A stretch of 64,000 nt of DNA from Podarcis bocagei (Eukaryota), in NCBI GenBank assembly GCA_964188305.1, contig OZ076895.1, one strand, 5' to 3'. A model generated the notes under the pieces. The model searched no databases. It was not told where the DNA came from and saw nothing but the letters and a program-made list of their open reading frames with translations. This document shows positions 40,301-52,300 of the stretch, one piece after another. Position 1 is the stretch's first letter. The number at the start of each line of letters is the position of its first letter. The translations under genes and the position numbers were made by a program.

Positions 40301-43300
40301 GATCCTCTACGTAGTATCTTAAAAAACGAAGACACAGATCCTAGAAACAAATTATGTTTATGCTTGGCGAAGAGAGCGCCTGTCAAGAACATGCATGTGT
40401 GAACACTTACGCACCATTTGCTCTGGCCATGAAATATTTCTCCTATATGATGGCTGAAGCAAAACAAACAGCCAAATCAAACTGGGGATGCAATCTAGCG
40501 AGTGTTCCTCCACTGACTGAAGGCATCCATTAGCACAACAGGGATGGACAGAATTCCCAGCAAGTCCTCCCCTGCCCTTCTTGCATCACTCTGCCTCCCC
40601 ACCAGCTCCAGAGGATTGAGGAACCCTTGGAGCAGAATCTGGGGAGCTAAGAGGGAGGAGCTAATGTCTTCCATCAGAAGAGAAATACCCACTGAATCCC
40701 ACCCGTAGAACTGCTTACCGGTATGGCAGCAAGTGTGGATGCTTGTAAGTCATGATACAGTCAAGAGCTACTTTTTGCACACTCTGGTCTTGATGAGACA
40801 GCAGCTGAAGATAATGTTTTAGAAGAAATAAGTCAGAGGAAAGCACACATAGGCCAGATTCCAACTTATATTGCTTTAGTAAATCCCCTCTCCCCATAGG
40901 CTTTTATTTTTCTGAGATTTCTCAGTGATGTAACTAATCTTGTGCCCAGTCACACTTCATCCCTTTAGTTGGCCTGACGAAGAGGAACAGGACAGGAGAG
41001 AGGTAAACAAAGATGCCTGCAGTCGTTTGCCTTAATTTTGCAAGATGCTTAAGAGGTTTATTCTACAATCAAGCAGGATATAAAATTTGTGCAATAAATA
41101 AATAAATAAATAAATGATTATTGGGGAGATCGGCTTGAGCAACCCCTCCACAAACACAGTAAGAAAATTTGAAAAGCCTTGGCCTTACACAGAGAAACTA
41201 AACAGAACACAATTTCCACTAATCCTTAACATTGTCCATCATTCCAATTGTAGGAATTTAACTCTGTTAAAAAGCTTAAGAAACTCATTTATTCATAATT
41301 TTTCAAGAACAACAACAGAAAGTCAGTTTAGTAGCAAGCATTGGTGCAGGTTAATCAGGGATGACTTCCACAATACCACATTGGCAAACTTAACTGCTTC
41401 AAAAGATAACATATATTTTGCACAAGCATGCAAAAGGGATAAATAGCAAGTTCTACTAAAACATTTTGAAATTGGCATGGTCCTTGCAGGACAACAACTA
41501 CACACACATCTAAACAAAATTAAAAAGAAGCTCAGAAGTTTCACCTGAGTGTATATTTCATTCAATTTTGCTTCTAAATACAATGCACGTGGATTTGAAA
41601 ATTGGGCAAACAGTTGCAAGTGGGTGATGAGCTGTCTGAAAAAGAAATTGGAACACAGAAGTTAACAGCAGAAAGCAATTGTTCTGAGTCATCATTAAAA
41701 CATTTGATTTTCGGTAATGGTTTTAAAAAAATATAGAAGGAAGTCTACTGAAGCACGTTCAAAGGCTGTTGAAAGCTAATAAAAACCAGGGTTTTCAACA
41801 CAAGTGTATCACTCAGTAGTTCATCTTCCCTTTGCTGAAAGGAGGAAGAGGAGAATTTGGGAGAGGAGGAGAGAAGTTGTAATAAGTCATCCTAGTGATA
41901 AAAGTAGGCAGAACTGATCCAAATCCCCAGCTTCTAGCCATTCACAAACTGACTCAGCTTCTCATACTATCCTCACCCGATGATCTTTACTTCTTCACAC
42001 ATCACAATAAACCATGGTTTGCGGCTTACCATGGTTTACCATGATCAAGCAATATGGTTGTGTACACCGCCGATCATTCCTGCTTCACTCATCCCCTGGC
42101 ACAAGAGGAACAACTAGGCAGCCACTGTTAAGCTTGGCCTCCTGTTACATCCAAGTACATGGCAACTTCCAGTTAGCCTTAAACCATGGCTTGTTGTAGA
42201 CATGGATTGTGGCTAGTCCCAGGTTCAGATGCAATGGAAAGTCAAGCTAAATTGTGTCTTCCTGGTTAATTTCTTCTGCTCCCACCAAAGGAGGAGTGGA
42301 ACAGGACCTGTTAGACAGTGTGCAACAGTGTAAAACCATGAGCCAGAAATCATGCTTATCATGATGAGTGAAAACAGCCTGAATCTAAAGAATATGCATG
42401 TCATAGAAAAATTGTTATGTTTATATAATGCTATGGCTGCATACATTTGCTCTGCAACTGCAGCACAACCTTTAAAGCTAAATAGCAGCAGGTTAATTAT
42501 GAAGACTTACTACTTGTGAGGCAGTCACTTTGTGTAACAGGCCATTTTCTCTAGGATAGAACAGCCCCTCAAGAATACAGGAGTTGGTTGTCTCTGTCAT
42601 AAACCTGCCACAATCTATTTGCACCAGTAAGTGAAGAATTTATGCTCTAAAGTTAAACAATAGTGGAAGGACACTGACAGAGAAATGACCCTGGGGTCAA
42701 TAGAGGGGAGGAAAAACCTTCACTAAAGATTCATTAACACTTGGCCCATAAATCTTTTACTTCTTGAGTTACTGATATAGGTATTTTTAAAATTCCATTG
42801 AGGAACAAGAATTTTTGAGGCTGGAGTTCTGTCACAATCAAGAACAGCATTCCACCCACCCACCCATCCAACTCTCTCAATCCTGGCCTACAATTCTCAC
42901 AATAGAAAATCATAGAATCAAAGAATTGTAGTGTTGGAAGGGACCTTAGGAATAATCTAGTCCAACCCCCCTGCAATGCAGGAATATGCAGCTGTCCCTT
43001 ACGGGGATCAAACCTGCAACTCTGGTGTTACCAGCACCATGCTCTAACCAACTACAGCAATGACCAACCAGAACCAACCATGATTTGCTATCTTTCCATC
43101 ACTGAAAGAGCTTTTGTTCTTTGTTTAATAGCGTGATTAGTATGTTCTCTTGTTACATAAGAGGTGGGGATCTTTTTATAGTTTGTGGGCCATATCATGG
43201 AGCTGTTTGAAAGCCCTCTGGGAGCAGCCTTGGACTGCCCTTTTCAACCTCCAATTTTTGCTGGGCCATTCATGGGGGAGCAAGAACCACAAGCCAAATT

Positions 43301-46300
43301 ACATTCAAAAGTGATCTTCTTCACCTTACACGTACACTGTGTAAAAGAATATAAGTTTCACCACCCCAGCCCTCCTCTTCCCAACCTGATCTTCTCCAAT
43401 ATTTGTGGGACAGAAAATTTCCCTTCCCCGTAATTAAGTAAAGCTTACTTTGACGCAGCTCTTCTAGTCTTCTTTTTTGGCATCTCTTCCATCACTGGCT
43501 CTTCAGAAGTCTCCTTCTCTTCCTCATTCTCATCCTCATCCTTCTCATTATCTATCATGGTTGTTGCATCTCCTTCCACGGTGAGGTCTTGTTTTACACT
43601 GCCACCGCTTTTCTTTCTAAGGTCTTGTGCTGGAGCTACCAGTGAATCTGCAGGATAGTATTCGTTGCTGTAAAAAGAAAAGCAAGAAAACAAAAAAGGG
43701 ATGGGCTAGAACAGGGGTCAACAACCTAAGGCCCATGGGCAGGAAGCGGCCAGTGGCGGTTGTTTGACCAGCCCACAAGCCACACCTGAACTGAGTTGCC
43801 AGCTCGCACGCTGCCCTAAACTGGTGCAGTGCGGCGCAGGGACTCGCTTCCTCGGCGCTGTAAATTGCATCTGTGCACACGTAGAAGCTGAAAATCGCGG
43901 GGGCGCTCGCTCATGCACACACACGATCCGGCCCACAGAGGGATCTCCGCGGGACCAATCCAGCCCAGGCAAGATAAACCTTGCCAACCCCTGGGCTAGA
44001 ACTCCTGCAGCCTTTTTCTAGTTAGGCCTTACAGGCTGCTGCTTCTCTTTTCTCAATTTATTCAAATGCCTCGGTAAAAATATATATTTCATGTTGTGAT
44101 TACCTCATACCTCCCTCTCCTTAAGTCTCCACAAGGGCTCCCTGTTATTCTACGCACCAACCCCAAGCTCCTACTAAATATAATATAAATCTAACACTGA
44201 CATTTAGCTGTCTTTATAGCCTCTTTCCAGAAGTTGTTTGCCTGGTGAAGCAGAGCCACGGTGCTTATTTTCCAGCTGGTGTGTTGCTGCCACTCGCCCA
44301 CTGACCTCTCACCATCATGTCTTCCAGTAAGTGGTAGCAAAACACCTGTTGGGGAGCTAGTGTTACAGCTCCTCCCGACCAGGAAGGCCCTGTTTGTTTG
44401 TCTGTTTGTCTATCTATCTATCTGTTTGTCTGTCTGTCTCTCATCAACTCATGGAAGTTACTAGAACCTTCTATTTTCTGTTGTTCTATTCTTTCCTCTG
44501 CCTGGAATGCCCTCCCAAGCCACCTCCCATATCTCAAACAACAATTTTTACCTCCCAGCAATTATGTGCAGATCATGGCTAGGGCTAAGCTAATTTCTCA
44601 CTAAGTTTTGAGAATTATTAGTGTACACACACACATGCACACTCACACAAACGCACATGTCTGCGCACAAATATAGAGCGATCCCTGAAGTTGTCTTAAA
44701 AATTACGCAGGTACTTTCGATAGCATTTAAAACCAGTACTCAAAAATTATTCCCTTTCTTGCCCACCCTTGGTGAAAATACTCACGTAATAAACCTTAAG
44801 AGAAGTGGAGAGAGTTCTCTAGACCTGGGCTCCACTCTGTCCGGAAATTTTGACATTGCCTTCCAAAGCAACAGCCTAAAATTCGCGTGATCTGTCCTCT
44901 CACTGCAGCATGTCTGACATTTCAGCTGCTCAAGATACAAAGTTCTGACGTCTCTTCCATGGATTTCTTCTCCTTGCGCATCCATAATGTCCCACTGATC
45001 TTCTTCCAGCTCATTATGTAGCTCTCTCTCTAGAGAAAAAGCAAAAATAAAATTCTATTTTATTACCCTTTAGAAGCTTCTGATCATGTATTAGTACAAG
45101 GCCGTAAGTTCTATTTACTGTTTTGAAGGCACTGCAGCTAATACGGCACCCCGCTGCTCTTGGAGTATATGTCATAAAAAGTGAGAGAACAGATTTATTA
45201 GAAAATGTTCCAACAAGCTGATGCAGCTATAGTTAAGACAAGTGGAGCCTAGGGCTGGGCGATGTTGGGTTTTCAACATCGCAGCGTATCACCAGCGATA
45301 TACCATGATGTTTTAAAAAGCTGCATTGGCCCCAGCTGGCGAGATGCCAGGTGAAACTGCCGCAGCTCTTATCGTGGGAGCTGAGGCACTTTCACCCCAG
45401 CACCTCGCAAGCTGTGGCCCCTTGAGAGACCCACAGCTTTTCACCCCATGTATAAAGCTTGCTGGATGTCTTCAGGCACACATAACATTTGTATAGAGCA
45501 GAGGTAGCTATCATGGTCTCCTCCAGGTGTTGTGGGACTACCATCAGCTTGGCCAATGGTCAAGGAAGGAGAAGCCTTGCTCCCACCACTGCATGTAGCC
45601 TCTCTATGCCTTGAAGTTGTTCCAAGCTGGAAAACCACTAGTTTCTTTTCTTAGGAAGAGCAAAAGCAGCAAAAGGAAGAGAGGAAACAACTTTGAGACA
45701 CTTGAACACCTCCCATTCTGGGGCTGAGAATGGAGTGGGAGAGGAGAGAAAAATTCTCCTGAAATGTACGAAGTCAAAACCCCCTAGACTTAGTTCATGA
45801 GCAGCTCTGATCTTGGCTGGACTATTATGAAACCATTAAAGTTGCTTTCTCTTACCAGCATAAATGACGGCCTTTTCCAAATGTTCGAAGTAAACTTTCC
45901 AAAACTGTTTGTTTTCCATTTCATTTGCATGAGAGCTAATTTAAAAAAAATAAAGGGAGGGATGTAAAATTGGGCAACTTCAGCCTATAAAATAAAACTA
46001 CAAATACTACTAGCATAAAGGAAGAAAAATAATACCAATCAACTAGGAGTTGGCAAAGAAAGTATATAGCACTGCATTTCTATGCTGGGCATAGATGAGA
46101 GAGCTGTTGATCCCTCCTCTGTGCCCAGCATAGAAACCAAAGTACTCCATTACTCCTCTGCCGGCCCACTCACTCCCCAGCATGGCATATCATGCACTAC
46201 TGCTTGCAGATCCTGGTCAGCTAGGTCTACCAAGATAGTGCATAAAAACAAGGCTGTCCTATTTGGTTCACTGACACTATTAAGGATCTACAGTTTTCTG

Positions 46301-49300
46301 ATATTAGTTGATAGGGCTTCCTTCTGGTCATGTGAGAATCCAAAAGTGCTTTGCAAAATGTTTGCAAAGCAGAAGACTAAATCTTGTAAATCAAGCAGTG
46401 GCCCTTCAGATGTTGATAGGCCCCAACTCCTTTCAGTCCCGGCCAGAATAGCCAATGGTCAGGGATGATGGGAGCTGGAGTCAAACAAAATCTGGAAGGC
46501 CAGAGGTCTCCTATTCCTGTCATAAATATGCACTCCTATATGGGATAGTCATTCTCTTCATTATATGGGAAGCCTGGAATCAAATTTTAGCTCAGCCATT
46601 GCTCTACTAGTGGGCTTCAACAGCCCACTCTGCTTCAGCTTCAGTTAAGAATGTGTAAAATGAGAACATTACAAACTTATATTTATGAATAAGATAAAGA
46701 AATCTTTTGCACTATAAGCCATAGGAAGCAGGGAGGACATTTTCTAAAATAAGGAATGAATCTGACCCAAACACATGAAGATCCAAACCATTCACTTTTA
46801 AAACAGGGCATTCAGCAATCCAAGCAGAAATATGCCTTGCAATTAATTTCATTTCCCCACCTATCAAAATACACGTAGAACTCTCACCCAGATCAATTTT
46901 ATGTTTTATTTGTTTATACAGTTTTTATTATTCAGGAGTGGGAGGAAATACTTACGCTATAAGCTCAATCACAGGAACCCACAATGGATTGAAGTTGATA
47001 TAAAGCATTCCCAGTAAATACCGAAGAGGCACCTAGGATAATATTTCAATATGGGTTTTTTTTGTATCTTTAAACCATCGTTAATACATTTATTAGTGGT
47101 ACTCATTCTCACAAAACCAAACATTTCCATTTAACATTTACAATCTGTTAATTTGCCTGGTCCCTGTAAAAGCTCTAGTAACTCAACTGTTATAGTAAAT
47201 CAAAAAGTTTCCTCTCATTCTACTGTGACAAAGGAGAAAAAGCCTCAGAATATTAAGACTGGAGCAATATCAATGGCCTGCTTCACTGCAATGGTTTCCC
47301 AAAACACATCCCCTTCTGTTTTGTAACAATATGTAAATGAATTATCCGTCTCCTCCTATAGCAGTGGGTGACAAAGTTCTTTAGGATGCCACTGCAAAGA
47401 AGGAAACGCATGAACTGGCCTTCAATAGGTGCTCGTTGCATGGAGACACACTAGGTGTATTTTCGATTCCCCTCCACACACAGAACAAACACACAAAGAG
47501 GGATTGGAATCATTCTTTCTGTCTTTTCAAAAAGAAAAATAGTACATACAGTGAAAACAGGCTGCAAGTACATAGGTTTGTGCTAGCCACTGGGAATTCT
47601 ATTGCATCAGGTTTCCTGGCTGCACATGTAATTGTGCAAGTTCCTCTGAAAATGTGTGGAGGTCAGAGAGTGGGCTCCAGGAGACCTTGCTTCCCCCCTC
47701 CATGAATTACATCTAAGATCTAGTGAAGCACTGCATCAAACCCACCCCTTGTACTCTGTGCAATATACAGACCCTCCCTCTGCAAGCATCTGGCATCCTG
47801 GTATTATGCTAATGGACTAAAGACAACATTTGGGACAGATCAGAAAGACAAGCTAATATTTTACAAATGCAAAAAGTAGACTTGGAGAACAGTAAAGGGA
47901 AACCAGTTTTTCTTCAAAAGAAAAACAAAAGAGAACCCTCTTCAGCTGTAAAAGCACAGCTGCTAACAGAAACAAATCTCCCTTAATAGTTTTCATTTGT
48001 TTAGCAACAGCCAGTTCAGAAATATAATTCACTGCCCACAGTTTTACATAGACAGGGGCTCCCCCATGTTCTTAAACAAAGGAGAAAAATAGAGCCACCT
48101 TTGTTCTGTGCATGACACACAGGACCTGGATCTCAGCCACTACAGCTAATTTCTTTCTTGAAACCAGTTATCAAAACGCCCACATGTTGTTAAGCCTGTT
48201 ATGATGAAGTACAAAAGGAAACGCAATCTGTACGTGACCTTCTTTAGCAAGAAGGGAAAAGCTGTAGCATGTCCTTCAAGAATGACATTTTACCTCCTGT
48301 AAAGGTCCCGCAGGGGTCAGGGATTGGACTGCATCATGCCTCAGCTTCCTTAGGTGGAGCAGTTTCTCACGATAATCATTGATGCTTGCTGGCACAAGTT
48401 CAGCTTGAAGCAATATGGCAAATACAGACTGCAGCTCCCCCACGCCCATATCCTTAGCAAAAGCAAAAGAAACAGCTGGTGTTACAAGATTTATGTAAAA
48501 CAAAGCTTCGTGGAATCTTACCAGTTCCCTTACAGCTGTTAGACGTCAACTGAGGATCAAATATACCGTATTCACTCGAATTTAATGTGCACCATTTTTG
48601 GCCAAATTATGTTGCAAAAATTAGGCTGTGCATTAGATTTGATGGCGCATTAGATTTGACTGCAAGCTTGAAAAACACTGCTTACATAGCAAATACCTTT
48701 TTGGTTTCAAGGTTTTGAACATTGCAGTGCGCATTAGATTTGATGGTGCATTAAGATTCACATAAATACGGTATCAAAAAATGTACAGCAAAAACGGCAA
48801 GACAGTAAGAAAAGAACAACACACCCAGCGACTGAGCTGTAGTAACACCAAATAATCATTTTCAGCCAGGAAAAACACACCACTCTTCATTTAAATTCAA
48901 GACATTCCTATTCACCACCACTCCCCTCCAAAAAGACAAATGTCTAAAACTCTTACGTTTCTCCAACACTTTTGCATAACTAAGCCCTCACTAAGCAGAA
49001 GATCTAAAGCTTAAATTACCTAGAAAAGAAGAGCCTCATAACAACATTCAATGAATTATGTAATAGTAAAACTATACAATGTTTTATCTCCCAGTGCAAT
49101 CTTAGCTACTTAGCACCCGGACAGCATTATTTTACATGAAATATTACCTCACTCCCCACAGGAAGCTGGACATTGAAATGATTTAAAATCCTTATTGTCA
49201 ACAGTCGTACCTATCAAAGGGGAAATCAGATTTCATTACACTTTTCATGCTGCAAAATCAGGTATAATGAAAAGGATGCAAAGGTATTAATTTATCATTT

Positions 49301-52300
49301 ATTTACATAAAGTATTTTGCTCCTTAGCCAAGAATAAGCTCCCAAAACAACTTACAAATATCTTACAAACATCTTTTAGCCTTAAAATCTAAAACATGTG
49401 GCACATAAGTAAAAGAGATTGAGGGGGGAGGAGGAAAAAAGCGAACTCGTTTTCTTTGAACGACCAGCTGGAATAGAAGTTCATAGGGAAGAGGAGCCTA
49501 AATGGGCTGGTCTCTCAGCTGAGGGGATGGAGAAGCCTGCAGTCCTATGACAGACGCTCCCTGACCAGCTTCTCCATTAAGGAATTCTACCTCAAGAGTA
49601 ACTGTTTGGAAACACAATGCATTCAGAAAGAAACTGTTAGAAAATAAATGTTACCTTGGATATACTGCTTGAAATATTGACTTGCAATTTTAAAAGCAAT
49701 TCCATCAGACTCTCTTGGGACAGATGTTTATAGTACCCACACAATGCCAGTCTTGTACAATAGAGATCAGCCAACAGCAAGGCAGATGGGTCTGAAGGAA
49801 ACGCCCTGGGGAAAAGAGGAACGTTACTATCAGCCAATATATAATTAAATACAGTGGTACCCCTATTTGCGTTCACCTCCGGTCACGTATCCTTCAGGAT
49901 ACATACGTGGCAAACCTGGAAGTATTTTTCCGGGTTTTATAGCGCACGCAAGCGCAGAAGCATTCTATGCGCCGTGTGCATGCACAGAAGCGCTAAACCG
50001 CGCTGCGCACATATGCAGAAGCAGCACCTCCGGTTGAGAATTCCTCAGGATGCGGCCGGACCTCCGGAACGGATCCTGTTCACAACCAGAGGTACCACTG
50101 TATAAGCAAAAATGGATGAGAAGTAAAATATTAATACTTAACGTGTGTGTTATTTGTCTTTAACCTGAAGCAAACTGTTGATCTGGCAATATGGTTAGAA
50201 ATACCTCAACCCAATGATTACTACTGGCCAATGCATACACCCTAAACTTTGGTAAACACAGCATTAAACAAGCACACACAAGCCCAACATATTGCTCCAT
50301 AAATAAAAGGCAAACTCCATCTCCCCATTACATACATCAACAAAGTCTTTATGCGTTCCACTGGTAACAGATCTAGAATTTCCAAGGATTCTGCTAAACT
50401 AAGCAGTGTGCTCACAGCTTGGCAGACCACAAACAGGCTTCCTGGGGAAACAAAACAGGAGTAAGTTATATATTAATCCATACTTTGTGGCCACACCATT
50501 AGGGAGTGCTTTAATTTTAAAAAGTCTATACAAAATGCAAAAGACTGGCTGCTTTCCCATGTAATGCTAAATAATGTTTTGGTGCACCTTGAACAAGCTG
50601 CAATGAAGACTTCTGCAGAGATCGGTTTCACTTTCAAAGAATGCTGGTTTTACCCACCATTGCAGAATGAGAAATTACTTTCAACAGCTCACCTTTGCAA
50701 GGCTGTCCTGTCTCAAGAACAGTGAAGAGATACTCGGTGTAACCTTTAACTTCTGGTAGGATTTTCTCTTTGACAAGCGGCCTGTTAGATACAGAGATAC
50801 AAACTTAACACAGCTGAAGTGAAGTGTATAAGATAAAACCTAGAAAAAGTTACGCATCCTTAAGTACTAATTAAATAAAAGAAAAATGATATGTGTGTTT
50901 ACTCAGAAGCAAGTCTCAAGTCTCACTAACTTCCATGGAATTTACTTCCACATAAGTGGGTTTAGCCCCCCCAAACACACCCAGTGTTTTGACTACCCAG
51001 GGCTAGACTGATTCAAGCATATGTAATCAAACTAGCCATGACACCATTCACACAATTAGCAACTCCATTATTTGCTGCTTTAATGTACCTTTTAGGCATG
51101 GGGTTTGCTATCTTGATGTGGGGTAGTGGGCTTTAATCCTTTGCCCCCTTTCCATTGCTGTCCCAATCTAGATCATGGCAAATCTCCGCCCCCCTTCCAA
51201 TCCAAACCACAAGTGTCAGGGGCCTACTCTGGCTTGTGACTACAAGAAGGGGCAAAGGGTTAACATTTCCCATACCCACACAGAAGGATCCCAATCCAGA
51301 TCAAGCATCCTGAAATTTACTTTTTCAAAGGCAATTGTGTAATGGCTAATTGTGTGATTGCCATTTGAGCTGTTTCGGCCCTAACAATGGTCCCAATAGC
51401 TACTGTAAGGCCAGCAGCTTCAAGTCATTGCTATGTAAACTTCAATTTCTATTTCAACTTGAGAAGGAACTTGCACACCTTTATGAATGAGCTTGAAGTC
51501 AGGTTTCTTTCATTTTAAAATATTTATACCTCGCCTTTGCATATAAAAAAAGTTTTTTAAAAAACCAAAGTGTAAATCACCAAGTCAAACAAAACAGCAG
51601 GCCAAGGAACATAAACAGTTTGGGGGGGGGAGCAATATTTTTTTAAAAAAAGACCTAAGAGGTCTTTTCTAAACAGAGAAGTAGGCTGTCCCTACTGTTA
51701 GGTAGAATGAGGCAACTGCCTTGAAGTGGCAGATCCTGAGGAGTGGAGAACACTGACACAGTGTTGGGAAACAGCACTTCATTTGCCAAGTGCCTTGCAC
51801 CTCTTGCAGAGCAATACCCACTGCACCTGAGAGAGGCTGTCTTGCTTGCAACATAGAAGGAAGGTATGGCTGCCAGTACAGTCTGGTTTTTTTGTACATG
51901 TACCTTTGTCTCAGGCAGCAAAGCCTCTTGGGCCAACCTTGTAGCAAACGAAGGCAGAAGGCCAAAAAAAAGGATGGGAGCAAAACTGATCTCATGGACA
52001 GAGAATTTCAAAGCTTGGGTGTGGCAATAACTATAGCTTGCTGCACTGGCTAACTGGGATTAATTAACTGACAACCTGGTTCTACAGATTCAGTGGATAG
52101 AGCACTATCCTTCACTGTAAACTCCACCCTTCTTCAAGTTATCCTACAATTCGTGAACTAAGATCAACATTTTCAGGGCTATTCCAAGTGACTAGGGGCA
52201 CTCTTCCCCCTCCCCTCAAAAAAACACAAAAAAAACACAAAAACCCTAGCCCCAATACTTCAAAATAATGCAACCCAAATAAAGTGGTTGTCATGGCAAC

